Assembly: GCA_016212295.1 (NCBI GenBank) | Contig: JACRGO010000181.1 | Location: 232-64,231 of the forward strand | DNA length: 64,000 nucleotides | Source of the DNA: Nitrospinota bacterium | GTDB lineage: Bacteria > Nitrospinota > Nitrospinia > JACRGO01 | Reading direction: 5' to 3' | In this document: piece by piece, positions 18,066 through 27,383 of the stretch | How positions within the stretch are numbered: position 1 is the stretch's first letter | Layout of the letters: each line of letters starts with the position of its first letter | The notes under the pieces: generated by a model | What the model was told of the DNA's origin: nothing | The model's input: only the letters and a program-made list of their open reading frames with translations | Database searches by the model: none | Position numbers and translations under genes: made by a program

Positions 18066-20150
18066 TTACCTCCCCGTCTCCCGGCCAAGAATCAACTTGG
18101 CGGCGTCACTGATTTCCTCGTTTTGAGACCAAAGGACCTCGTCCTTGCCGGATTTCAGGCATTCAAGGGCCAGCGTTAAGGGGCTTAAGCTGTCGGCGGT
18201 CCCGGCCGGGAAGGCGCTCTTAACAGACTCAAGGGCTTTTTCGCACAAAAGAGCTGTTTCCGGTTTTGCCAGTCCTGAAAAAAATTGGACCGCGGCGGGA
18301 AAAACGGCATTAGCGGGAAGGGACCGGATGAACGCCAGCCTCTCTTCAACGAAAAGGCCGGTTTCCTCGACTTTCCCTTTCAACGCCATTTTTTTGATGA
18401 GATAAAAATACGTCTCGAAGATCAATTGAATCATTGGACCGTTAAGTTGCGCGGTAAGGGATCCCCCTTGAATGTTCTTTTCAAAACGCAAGAAACAGTC
18501 CGCGGCCTCGTCGTATTTCCCTGAATGAAAGCAGGCGTCTCCAAGGTTGGCCAGTGAGGGGGGGGAATCTTTTTTTTCTTTCAACGCGCGGAGAAAACAT
18601 TCCTCCGCCTTCTCCATAAGGCCAAGAAAACGGTAATCACAACCCATGTTGTTCAATGCGCCAAAGTCTTCCGGCTTTTTTTCAAGGCATTTTTTATAAC
18701 AATCCACCGCCTTTTGGTGCTCCCCTTTGAAACTATAGGCAAAGCCGAGTAGAAAAAGGAGAGAGAACATTTGTTCCGGATCGTCACCGGAGTTTTGCAG
18801 AAGGTCCTGAATTCTCTTGATCGCCTCATCCCCTTTTTTCTCCTTCAAAAGCTTGTATGCTTCCGATATTTTGGAGTTTGAAAAAAAAGAGGGGCCCGGT
18901 TCCAGGTAAAAAAGTCCTGGAACCGCGGCCTTTCCGGATTTTACTCCTCCGGCCCCGTTCCCTTCGCCATATTTTTCGCGGGAATGCGCGATGTATAAAA
19001 AATTTATTATTCCCCTTGAACGGCCTCTCAGGTCTTTCACGTGCTCCATGTGGTAATACGAACAGAATAACGGGTCAGCCGCGCCATAAAAGGATTTTTT
19101 CGGCTCCAACCGGACCTTTTTGAGAAGCCCTCTGTTGATGAGCCTCTTCAGCAGGACGCTGACCTCCTTGCCTTCCCAGCCCAGGCGCCGGGCCAATTCC
19201 GACGGGGAAACGCGCTGGCTGTCGCGCAACAGGGTATCCAGAAGCTTCCGTTCCTTTGGCGGAGTATTCTGGATGAGGAACCGGTAATGAGGGGAGAGGA
19301 TATCCAGCATTCTCTGAAATATCCTGAAAGGGGAAAAGGATGGCGCTATTGCCAAGGCCTGATACATGGCAAGGGTCAGCCTGGGATTTCCCCTTGTAAA
19401 GTGGAAGAGGGTTTTAATAGCCGGGAGATTATTTTGAATTTGGCCGTCCAAGCGCTCCTTGCTGTTTAAGGCCGCCATTTTCTCCAGGACCGTTAACGCT
19501 TCCTCTTCCTTAAAAGGGGCCAGGGAAATAGTGGTAAAAGACCTGGACAAAAGAGGGGAAAATTTTTTGTTTTCCAGGGTGCAGGGAACGGCGGTCCCTA
19601 TGATAGACAAGCAGCCACGCGCGGAAAAGAAGGAGGCCATCAACTTGGAGGCAGCCGGATCGTGTAAAATGAAATCCAGCAAGTAGTCGAAATCATCAAT
19701 GCACAAAAGAATTTTCTTGTTGCTTTGGCGGGTGAATTTCTCCAATAATTGGCGGGCCTGCTCCCATTGGGCCGCAGGGTTTCTGAAGAGTCCTTTCACA
19801 ATGCGGTATTCCTCCTGGGAAATTCCGCAGCCACCCGGCAAGCCGGCAAGGGGGGCCAGAACTCTTTCCAGGAAGCAGGAAAAGGATGAAAAAAAACCGG
19901 CCCGACCCGGCAGAAAGACCGGTTCCCATTGAGAATTCAGTGGCGTTTTTTCCCTTGCTGCATGGAACGCCATCAAAAGAAAATGGGTCTTTCCTCCCCC
20001 CCACGGCGCCAAAATCAAGCCGTGCCTTGAGGTTTGGGAATCTCCAAGGGAATCCAGAAGGGAGTTAAACTCCACGTCCCTGGCCGTGAAAAGGGAGGAC
20101 AATTCCTCTCGTCCGTGAAATTGAAAATTAAAAAGGGGGGGGGAAATCAT
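18066..20150 (-). CDS. archaeal-type ATPase (ATPase_2/AAA_16-like P-loop NTPase) with winged-helix and C-terminal TPR repeats
   Basis: FHGREELSSL lead-in with Walker A ILAPWGGGKTHFLLM and Walker B ILLCIDDFDYLL. wHTH-like segment VSPSELARRLGWEGKEVSVLLKRLINRGLLKK. At least three TPR repeats (AYSFKGEHQKAVDCYKKCLE..., ALNNMGCDYRFLGLMEKAEECF..., LANLGDACFHSGKYDEAADCF). Confidence 0.7.
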   Translation of the reverse strand: MISPPLFNFQFHGREELSSLFTARDVEFNSLLDSLGDSQTSRHGLILAPWGGGKTHFLLMAFHAAREKTPLNSQWEPVFLPGRAGFFSSFSCFLERVLAPLAGLPGGCGISQEEYRIVKGLFRNPAAQWEQARQLLEKFTRQSNKKILLCIDDFDYLLDFILHDPAASKLMASFFSARGCLSIIGTAVPCTLENKKFSPLLSRSFTTISLAPFKEEEALTVLEKMAALNSKERLDGQIQNNLPAIKTLFHFTRGNPRLTLAMYQALAIAPSFSPFRIFQRMLDILSPHYRFLIQNTPPKERKLLDTLLRDSQRVSPSELARRLGWEGKEVSVLLKRLINRGLLKKVRLEPKKSFYGAADPLFCSYYHMEHVKDLRGRSRGIINFLYIAHSREKYGEGNGAGGVKSGKAAVPGLFYLEPGPSFFSNSKISEAYKLLKEKKGDEAIKRIQDLLQNSGDDPEQMFSLLFLLGFAYSFKGEHQKAVDCYKKCLEKKPEDFGALNNMGCDYRFLGLMEKAEECFLRALKEKKDSPPSLANLGDACFHSGKYDEAADCFLRFEKNIQGGSLTAQLNGPMIQLIFETYFYLIKKMALKGKVEETGLFVEERLAFIRSLPANAVFPAAVQFFSGLAKPETALLCEKALESVKSAFPAGTADSLSPLTLALECLKSGKDEVLWSQNEEISDAAKLILGRETGR

Positions 20151-20206
20151 TGTCCAATCGCGGGTCTAATGTTCCTTTTTAAGCGGATACCGGAAATGAA
20201 ATTTAC

Positions 20207-21229
20207 ATGAATCTAATGGGGTTGTCAAATCCTTCATTTATTTTGATAACCAGCTTATGTTATCATAAAAAATTAAAAAACTTATATTTTCTTATAAACC
20301 AGGAGAAAAATTCCTTGGCCGAGGAAACCTCAACCAAGCCCAAAGGAAAAGGGAGCCCGGAATCCTACATAAAGCTTGCGAAGATTTCCCTTGGACTTCA
20401 GGAGTTTCAAATTGCCGCGGCCGCGTGTGAAAAGGGTTTGGCTAAATTCCCCCAAAATCCCGGTCTTCTTGTGGCTAGGGGAGAAACCCTTGTTCTGGCA
20501 TATAATTTCGGGAAAAAAGCCGAGCATCTGAAATCAGCCCTGGAGAGCTTTGAATATGCCTTGAAAATAAATCCGCATAATTACACGGCCAAATTTTTAA
20601 CCGGCCAGATATATATTCAATTAAAAAAATACGACTTGGCCGCTAAACGATTTTCCTCCATATTGGAAATCGACCCCAATGATATCCGGGCCAAGTCCCT
20701 TTTGGAAAAGGCCCAAGGCAAAATGGCGCCTCCCAAGGAAAAGCCGAAGGCGGCCCCAGTCAGCGCTGTAAAGGAAAAAATGGAAGACAAGCCGGAGGAG
20801 GAACAAGTCCAGGAAAAAGAAGCGCTTGCCGGTGACCAAAAGGAGGGTATACTGGACATGTCGGATAGCGATGAATCGGCCAACCACGAATTCCTGATCT
20901 CCCGTCTGGGAATCTTTCAGAAGCTGGAAGGAATAAAGAGCATCAATCTGGTGGACAAAAATGGGAATCTCCTGAAATGCCAAAAGAAGTCCGATCTTGA
21001 CCCCGAACTTCTTTCTTCCATGGCCGGGAATGTTTACAGATCCACTGTCAGGGTGGTTGATAGATTCCACAGCGGGGATTTCGTGTACGGCATGGTGATG
21101 TGCCAGAAATCATACATATATATAGTGGCCGCCCGGTGGGCGGTGTTGGTCCTGGAGACCTCCACTGACGCCAGCCTGGAGATTCTGGAGAAAAAAATCC
21201 ATCAATACCTTGGAGAACTGGACCTTTGA
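20207..21229 (+). CDS. TPR-repeat protein with C-terminal Roadblock/LC7 (MglB-like) domain
   Basis: TPR repeats at the N-terminus (ALESFEYALKINPHNYTAKFLTGQIYIQLKKYDLAAKRF), an acidic linker, and a Roadblock-like C-terminus (IKSINLVDKNGNLL...SSMAGNVYRSTVRVVDRFHSGDFVYGMVMCQKSYIYIVAARWAVLVLETST). An alternative TTG start at 20315 with RBS aggaga is possible. Confidence 0.6.
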   Translation: MNLMGLSNPSFILITSLCYHKKLKNLYFLINQEKNSLAEETSTKPKGKGSPESYIKLAKISLGLQEFQIAAAACEKGLAKFPQNPGLLVARGETLVLAYNFGKKAEHLKSALESFEYALKINPHNYTAKFLTGQIYIQLKKYDLAAKRFSSILEIDPNDIRAKSLLEKAQGKMAPPKEKPKAAPVSAVKEKMEDKPEEEQVQEKEALAGDQKEGILDMSDSDESANHEFLISRLGIFQKLEGIKSINLVDKNGNLLKCQKKSDLDPELLSSMAGNVYRSTVRVVDRFHSGDFVYGMVMCQKSYIYIVAARWAVLVLETSTDASLEILEKKIHQYLGELDL

Positions 21230-21591
21230 TACAGGAAATAGCGGCTATATTAAAGCAACTTAACGCCACGGAAGGAATCAAGGGGAGCCTTATAATCACC
21301 CCGGACGGCATGCCGGTCGCGTCTCTTCTGGAAGGGGGCCAGGACATGGACACAGTGGCCGCGATTTCCTCCTCCATTTATCTTTCCATCACAAAGTCCA
21401 TGGAAAAACTTGCCATAGGGGATGTGAACCGCTATCTTCTATGCACTGAATTCGCAAGGTTTTTTATAATAGGTTTAGGAAAGATGATACTAATAGTTTT
21501 AGCGGCCCATAACATACAAATCGCAAAGGTCAATGTGGCGATTTTTCAGGCAGCCAACGCCATCAAGAAATCAGGCAGATTGGACGTTTAA
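21226..21591 (+). CDS. mglB: Roadblock/LC7 family protein (MglB-like GTPase-activating partner)
   Basis: Roadblock fold pattern IKGSLIITPDGMPVASL...DTVAAISSSIYLSITKSM. TTG start overlapping the upstream stop (TTGA), with RBS ggagaa upstream. Lies immediately upstream of the MglA homologue. Confidence 0.7.
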   Translation: MIQEIAAILKQLNATEGIKGSLIITPDGMPVASLLEGGQDMDTVAAISSSIYLSITKSMEKLAIGDVNRYLLCTEFARFFIIGLGKMILIVLAAHNIQIAKVNVAIFQAANAIKKSGRLDV

Positions 21592-21593
21592 AC

Positions 21594-22763
21594 ATGGTTC
21601 AAATAAACTTCGCCAAAAAAGAAGTCAGTTGCAAAATCGTTTATTACGGACCCGGCCTCAGCGGCAAGACAACCAACCTGGAAATCATTTACAAAAAAGC
21701 GCCTGATAGCAACAAAGGCAAGATGACCTCCGTGGCCACGGAAGGGGACCGCACGCTGTTCTTTGATTTTTTGCCGCTGGACATAGGAAAAGTGGGCGGC
21801 ATGAACACCAAATTTCAGCTATATACCGTCCCTGGGCAGGTCTATTACAATTCCACCAGGAAATTAGTCCTCCAGGGCGTGGACGGCGTCATCTTCGTGG
21901 CCAATTCAGAGAAGGGCAAAATGGATGAAAACATCGAGTCCCTTAAAAACCTTGAGGACAATCTTAAGGAGCAGGGGATTAACATAAGCGAAATCCCCCT
22001 GGTGATTCAATTCAACAAAAGGGACCTCCCGGACGCCACGCCCGTGGCGGAGATGGAGGCTAAACTCAATCCTTGGAAGGTCCCTACCTGCGAGGCGTCC
22101 GCCTTCAGGGGGGAAGGCGTGTTCCCGACCTTGAAACTTACGGCCGCCATTGTTCTGGATAGACTGAACAAAAAATACGCCCCTAAGTCCGCCTCCGACA
22201 AGGCCATTGCCGAAGTCAACGGGCATAAGCTCCTCCTGGCCGATTTTGAAAAATTTTGCGTCACTCATTACCGCCTGTCCGGGAAAAAGGAGCCTCCCGG
22301 CGGCGCAAAATTCTCACGGTCGGAAAAAGAGAATTATCTCAACATATACATTAACAATTTCCTGATAAGGTTGGCGGCCAAGGAGCAGGGGATCGAGGCT
22401 GATGAAAAGGCGGTGGCCGCCCAGATAGAAGGCGCCGCTTCCAAATTCGGCTCAAAGGACAATTTTATAAAATACCTGAAAGAAAAAAATCTGACGGAAG
22501 AAGACTATAAAGAGGAAGCCGTTAACAGAACATTGTCCAATAAACTTTTAGCCGGCATAATACCGGACCACCGGGACAGAATCTCCCCTAAGGAAGAACA
22601 GCTTAGGGAGGTTTATGAAAAAAACAGGGACAAATTTCCTGGGGCCTTTGACCAGGAGAGGAAAAAGGTGGAAGCCCAGGCCCTGAAGACGAACAGACTT
22701 CAGGTAATGGAAGAGATGTACAAGGAAATCAGGAGCGAGGCCCGGATTAAAACTTATTTATAG
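21594..22763 (+). CDS. mglA: MglA-type Ras-like GTPase fused to a C-terminal SurA/PpiD-N-type chaperone-like domain
   Basis: Residues 1-195 align closely with Myxococcus MglA (CKIVYYGPGLSGKTTNLEIIY, TDRTLFFDFLPL, YTVPGQVYY, NKRDLPDA). Residues about 200-389 (VNGHKLLLADFEKF...NFLIRLAAKEQGIEADEKAVAAQIEGAASKFGSKDNFIKYLKEKNLTEEDYKEEAVNRTLSNKLL...) follow the SurA/PpiD N-terminal chaperone-domain pattern. One uninterrupted ORF. Confidence 0.8.
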   Translation: MVQINFAKKEVSCKIVYYGPGLSGKTTNLEIIYKKAPDSNKGKMTSVATEGDRTLFFDFLPLDIGKVGGMNTKFQLYTVPGQVYYNSTRKLVLQGVDGVIFVANSEKGKMDENIESLKNLEDNLKEQGINISEIPLVIQFNKRDLPDATPVAEMEAKLNPWKVPTCEASAFRGEGVFPTLKLTAAIVLDRLNKKYAPKSASDKAIAEVNGHKLLLADFEKFCVTHYRLSGKKEPPGGAKFSRSEKENYLNIYINNFLIRLAAKEQGIEADEKAVAAQIEGAASKFGSKDNFIKYLKEKNLTEEDYKEEAVNRTLSNKLLAGIIPDHRDRISPKEEQLREVYEKNRDKFPGAFDQERKKVEAQALKTNRLQVMEEMYKEIRSEARIKTYL

Positions 22764-22792
22764 CACCCAACCTCAAAACGGGGAGAGAGGCA

Positions 22793-23287
22793 ATGGACGA
22801 GTTTAAGGCGTCCCGGTTGATTTTCTACAAGGACGATATAGACCAGATTGAAAAGGTTATCGACGAGTTCATAAAAAAATCGGATTCCAAGTGCTCCATC
22901 CTGATAGACAAGGACGGGCATTTGGTCACCAAGAGAGGCCAGTCCACTCAATTCGATCCGGAGACTTTGTCCGCGCTAGTGGCCGGAAGTTTCGCCGCCA
23001 CAAGGGAAATGGCCAAGTTGCTGGGGGAAACGGAATTCACGGTATTGTTCCACAAGGGCCTGAAGGACAACATCCATCTTTCCCTCGTGGGGAACAGGGC
23101 CATCCTGGCCACCATATTCAACGACCAGACCACCATCGGGATGGTGCAACTGTACCACAAGGAGGCGTCCGAAAAAATAGAAAAGATATTCGAGATTTCA
23201 GCGAAAAAACCGAGGAAGGAAACAAAATTCCACGAGGATTTCGGTAAGGACGCAAAGCAGAAACTGGACGAATTCTTTGGAAGTTAA
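22793..23287 (+). CDS. Roadblock/LC7 family protein (third copy in the locus)
   Basis: CSILIDKDGHLVT...DPETLSALVAGSFAATREMAKLLGE...HLSLVGNRAILATIF Roadblock pattern. RBS ggagagagg. Confidence 0.65.
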   Translation: MDEFKASRLIFYKDDIDQIEKVIDEFIKKSDSKCSILIDKDGHLVTKRGQSTQFDPETLSALVAGSFAATREMAKLLGETEFTVLFHKGLKDNIHLSLVGNRAILATIFNDQTTIGMVQLYHKEASEKIEKIFEISAKKPRKETKFHEDFGKDAKQKLDEFFGS

Positions 23288-23400
23288 AGGATAATTTTTT
23301 ACCTGTGTAATTGTTTTTTGTTCACTTTAATCCCTTTAGCCCTTTTTCCGTTCCCTTCTTCCATAGCGCGACATGGCCGCGGCCAAAAAAAGATAATGTC

Positions 23401-23470
23401 AACCACGAATTTACACGAATATTCACTAATTAAAGGAAAAAAATTAGTGCGAATTAGTGTTTATTCGTGG
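23401..23470. repeat. family D palindromic element
   Basis: ccacgaatttacacgaatattcactaatt ... aattagtgcgaattagtgtttattcgtgg. Confidence 0.45.
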
Positions 23471-23550
23471 CTGAATTTTATATATTTTTTTAAAATCCTG
23501 CTAAAAAACAAAATATTATAAATTCGTAACACAGGAGGCGTCAGGCAATA

Positions 23551-24612
23551 ATGATCGAAACCATTTTAGTGGCAACAGTTGTATTGGGGATATTGATTTT
23601 TATCCATGAACTCGGGCATTACCTCGCGGCAAAGAAGGCCGGGGTTTCCGTGGAAAAATTTTCCCTAGGATTCGGCCCCAAGGTCATAGGAAAAACCGTG
23701 GGAGAAACGGAATACCTGATTTCCGCCTTTCCTCTAGGCGGGTATGTAAAGCTTTACGGTGAAGACCCGGAGGATGAAGTGGAGCATCCGGAGCGTTCAT
23801 TTACCCATGCCTCGGTATGGAAACGCCTTGCAATCGTCGCCGCCGGCCCTGTCTTTAATATGCTGTTCGCGGTGCTCATTTTTTCCCTTGTCTTCATGGC
23901 CGGGGTTCCTACCCTTTCCTCAAAGGTCGGCGAAGTCCAGGAAGGGTCCCCTGCCTTTACCGCTGGACTTCTCCAGGACGACGTCATATTAAGCGTTGAC
24001 GAAAAAGAGGTGCGCCGGTGGGAGGACCTGGTGGGGATCATCCACGAGTCGCCGGACAAACCATTGAGGTTCCGCATACAGCGCGGCTCCGGGGCGGTAT
24101 TCGACGTGAACATCACCCCTGAGGCCAAGAGCACGAAAAATATATTCGGAGAAGAAATCCATGTGGGGCTCATAGGAATTCAGGCGTCACAGGACTATTT
24201 CACGGAGCGTTTCAATCCGATAGTGGCCGTTTGGAAAGGCGCGGAAAAAACCTGGAAGATCACATACCTCACTCTGGTGAGCATCAAGAAAATCGTGGAA
24301 AAAACCGTTCCATCCGACAGCATCGGCGGTCCCATCCTGATTTTTCAAATGGCGGGAGAGCAGGCCAAGATCGGCATAATGAACCTGGTGTTTTTCGTGG
24401 CCCTCCTGAGCGTGAACCTAGGAATACTTAACCTTTTTCCAATCCCGATTCTGGATGGAGGACACATCCTCTTCTACCTCTTCGAGATCATCTTCCGCAA
24501 ACCGCTCAGCGTGAAGATCCGGGAAGCAGCCCAGAAGGTCGGCTTGGCCATGCTCATCACCCTGATGGTCTTCGCCTTTTATAACGACATAATGCGCATC
24601 TTTTCCAAATAA
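23551..24612 (+). CDS. rseP: RIP site-2 zinc metalloprotease RseP
   Basis: HExxH motif (HELGHYLAAK), PDZ domain and polytopic membrane segments. The C-terminal LDGGH motif is present. RBS aggagg. Confidence 0.9.
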   Translation: MIETILVATVVLGILIFIHELGHYLAAKKAGVSVEKFSLGFGPKVIGKTVGETEYLISAFPLGGYVKLYGEDPEDEVEHPERSFTHASVWKRLAIVAAGPVFNMLFAVLIFSLVFMAGVPTLSSKVGEVQEGSPAFTAGLLQDDVILSVDEKEVRRWEDLVGIIHESPDKPLRFRIQRGSGAVFDVNITPEAKSTKNIFGEEIHVGLIGIQASQDYFTERFNPIVAVWKGAEKTWKITYLTLVSIKKIVEKTVPSDSIGGPILIFQMAGEQAKIGIMNLVFFVALLSVNLGILNLFPIPILDGGHILFYLFEIIFRKPLSVKIREAAQKVGLAMLITLMVFAFYNDIMRIFSK

Positions 24613-24668
24613 CGGGATCGTCCGTACAATGGAATAACTGTTTCGCTTTCGACAACTGAGAGGCCGGG

Positions 24669-25154
24669 ATGATTGACACTTCCAAGGCAAAGGACCGGCG
24701 GTCCTTGCGTTTCAACACGATCGATGCGCTGCTGCAAGAGGTTGACCGGCTTGCGGCCGCGGATAAGGCAGGAAAACTCCGGCGAAGCGGAAATTGGACG
24801 CTGGGGCAGGCTTGCGGGCACTTGGCTGCCTGGATCGACTACGGTTACGAAGGTTATCCGATGGCGCCTCTGCCATGGCCCATCCGTATGATCCTTCGGT
24901 TGCGCGTAAAGAAGTACCTGCGCGGCGGGATGCCGGTTGGTGTGCGGATACCAAAAGTCGAGAATGGAACTTTCGCGACGGAACCGCTGTCCCCTGAAGA
25001 CGGGGCCGAGCGATTACGGCGAGCGCTGAAACGGCTGCAAAGCGGCGAACCGGTGAAGTTCGACAGTCCGGCCTTTGGGCCGATGCCGCACGAAGTACGA
25101 ATCGCCCTCCACCTCCGCCACGCGGAATTGCACCTGGGATTTCTGCATCCCTGA
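24669..25154 (+). CDS. DinB/YfiT-like four-helix-bundle protein (DUF1569-like)
   Basis: His-rich C-terminal signature HLRHAELHLGFLHP and WTLGQACGHLAAWIDY. The local GC content is visibly higher than in flanking genes. Confidence 0.5.
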   Translation: MIDTSKAKDRRSLRFNTIDALLQEVDRLAAADKAGKLRRSGNWTLGQACGHLAAWIDYGYEGYPMAPLPWPIRMILRLRVKKYLRGGMPVGVRIPKVENGTFATEPLSPEDGAERLRRALKRLQSGEPVKFDSPAFGPMPHEVRIALHLRHAELHLGFLHP

Positions 25155-25204
25155 AGGCCGCGCCTTGTGTTATTGGCCTATCATCACTCTTCTTAGGAAA
25201 CGCC

Positions 25205-25747
25205 GTGCGCAAGGAAGAAAAACCAAATCTCCTCCTTCACGTATGTTGCGCTCCATGCTCCCCTTACGTGGTGGAACTGCTGAGCAAGGAATTCCATGTG
25301 ACAGCATATTTCTATGATCCAAACATTCATCCTGAAGAGGAATACCGCTTCCGCCTGGAGGAGATGAAAAAAATGTGCGCCGGCATGGGGCTTGGGATTA
25401 TTGAGGCGGAATACGACCCGGACCGCTGGTTTCAATTAGTAGAAGGACACGAAAAGGACCCGGAGAAGGGAGAACGCTGCGGGATCTGTTTCCGGATGCG
25501 ATTGGAGCAGGCCGCTAAATTCGCCGGGGAAAACGGTTTCAGCGCCTTCGCCACCGCGCTCTCAGTGAGCCCTCACAAGGACGCCAAGGCCATCAACAGG
25601 ATCGGAAGGGAGATAGGAAATGCCCACGGCGTGGTTTTCCTTGAAGCTGACTTCAAAAAGAAAAACGGTTTCAAAATAAGCGTGGAGAAAGGCCGTGAAT
25701 TGGGTCTGAAGAGGCAGGATTATTGCGGGTGCGTATTTAGCGCTTGA
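25205..25747 (+). CDS. queH: epoxyqueuosine reductase QueH (DUF208)
   Basis: LLLHVCCAPCSPY N-terminal cysteine motif and CGICF / DYCGC cysteine clusters. GTG start. Confidence 0.8.
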   Translation: MRKEEKPNLLLHVCCAPCSPYVVELLSKEFHVTAYFYDPNIHPEEEYRFRLEEMKKMCAGMGLGIIEAEYDPDRWFQLVEGHEKDPEKGERCGICFRMRLEQAAKFAGENGFSAFATALSVSPHKDAKAINRIGREIGNAHGVVFLEADFKKKNGFKISVEKGRELGLKRQDYCGCVFSA

Positions 25748-25916
25748 CCGGGAACCCTGATTTTCCGGTCAAAAAATTCGAAATCCGAAAAAACATGATA
25801 TTGCCAAGGTTTTAGTTCAGGCGATTTCGCCTTATGACATTAGATACTTACACGGAATATCTGAGAATTCGTCTCTCACAAGCCATTAAGCTTGTTAAAT
25901 AAAAATCCGAAAAATG

Positions 25917-25995
25917 TACCGCGGAGACGCCGAGGCGCAGAGAAAAGATTTTAAAATTACAGAGCTTTTCTCTGCGCCTCAGCGTCTCCGCGGTG
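25917..25995. terminator. family C GC-hairpin (probable bidirectional terminator between convergent queH and thrC)
   Basis: taccgcggagacgccgaggcgcagagaaaag ... cttttctctgcgcctcagcgtctccgcggtg. The arms are near-perfect. Confidence 0.65.
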
Positions 25996-26044
25996 AAAAA
26001 GTTTTTAAATTTAAAATATCTTTTGTTAGATATTAGAGTTTTTT

Positions 26045-27382
26045 TTACTTCCTGGAATCAACTGCGCGAAGGATAGCGTCCCTTACCGAGGTATAATTGG
26101 CGGCCACGTCCACCGGCTGGTTTGCGTGGAGGCTCTTCACCCCTGCCAGGGTCCCTTGGTGGTAGCCCACCTGGAAATCGGTGAACTTCAGCCCATTGGC
26201 GGTGGAGATGACGATCACCCTCGCGTTTCTGGGTATTTCCCCACGCTTCGCGAGCTTGATCAGAGCGGCAAGGGCCACGCCGGTATGCGGACAATTGAAG
26301 AGGCCGTTGCGGTCCGCCCATGCCGCGGCGTTGGCAAGTTCATCCTCCGACGCCTGCTCCACTATGCCGTTGAATTCCTTCAACACCTTGATGGCCTTTT
26401 GGCAGCTCACCGGGTTCCCTATCTGTATGGCGTTGGCGAGGGTCGTTTTGGCCTTGACCGGGTGAAACTCCTTGAATCCGTTCAGATAGCTTAGATAGAG
26501 CGGATTTGCCGCCTCGGCCTGGGCGCAAACTATTCTTGGAAATTTGTTGATCATTCCCAGGTCCTTCATTAGGGAAAATCCCTTGCCCAGGGCGCTCACG
26601 TTTCCAAGGTTTCCGCCTGGAATGATGATGTAGTCCGGGACCTCCCATTCAAACTGCTGCACCAGTTCCATGCTGATGGTCTTCTGCCCCTCTATGCGCA
26701 GGGAGTTCATGGAGTTGGCCAGATAAATTTTATTTTTCGAGCAGACCTCCTGGACTATCTCCATGCAGCCGTCGAAATCGGTGTCCAGGGAAAGGGTAAG
26801 GGCGCCGTGCGCCAGGGGCTGGATCAGTTGGGCGGTGGAGACCTTGTTTCTTGGGAGAAACACAATGGCCTGGAGTCCGGCCACGGCGCAATAGGCGGCG
26901 AGGGAGGCGGAGGTGTCCCCGGTGGAGGCGCAGGCCACGGCCAGGATATCGGTCCCCTCGGAGATCATTTGCTTGACCATTGAGACAAGGACCGTCATGC
27001 CCAGGTCCTTGAATGAGCCCGTGTGGTTGTTGCCGCACTGCTTTATCCAGAGGTCGTCCAGCCCTATTTCCTTGCCGAAGCGTTCGGCCCAAAAGAGGTT
27101 GCTGCCCCCCTCATAGGTGGACACAACGTTTTCATTGTCCACGTTAGGGCAGACGACCTCTTTCTTTCCCCACACGGAACTCCCGTAGGGCCAGTCCGAG
27201 CGGCGGTAGCGCCTTTCAAAGACCTCTTTCCACTCCTGGCCCGGCCTTTCCTTAAGCCTCTCGAAATCGTGGCACACCTCAAGGAGGCTATCGCATTTCG
27301 GGCAGCGGTAGATGATCTCGTTCAGCTCGTGCCTGCCTTCACACCCCTGTATACATTGAAACCAAGCCTTCAAGCCTTCCAT
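26045..27382 (-). CDS. thrC: threonine synthase
   Basis: PLP-lysine motif GSFKDLGMT and the overall ThrC block pattern. Lies downstream of hom. Confidence 0.93.
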   Translation of the reverse strand: MEGLKAWFQCIQGCEGRHELNEIIYRCPKCDSLLEVCHDFERLKERPGQEWKEVFERRYRRSDWPYGSSVWGKKEVVCPNVDNENVVSTYEGGSNLFWAERFGKEIGLDDLWIKQCGNNHTGSFKDLGMTVLVSMVKQMISEGTDILAVACASTGDTSASLAAYCAVAGLQAIVFLPRNKVSTAQLIQPLAHGALTLSLDTDFDGCMEIVQEVCSKNKIYLANSMNSLRIEGQKTISMELVQQFEWEVPDYIIIPGGNLGNVSALGKGFSLMKDLGMINKFPRIVCAQAEAANPLYLSYLNGFKEFHPVKAKTTLANAIQIGNPVSCQKAIKVLKEFNGIVEQASEDELANAAAWADRNGLFNCPHTGVALAALIKLAKRGEIPRNARVIVISTANGLKFTDFQVGYHQGTLAGVKSLHANQPVDVAANYTSVRDAILRAVDSRK

Positions 27383-27383
27383 T

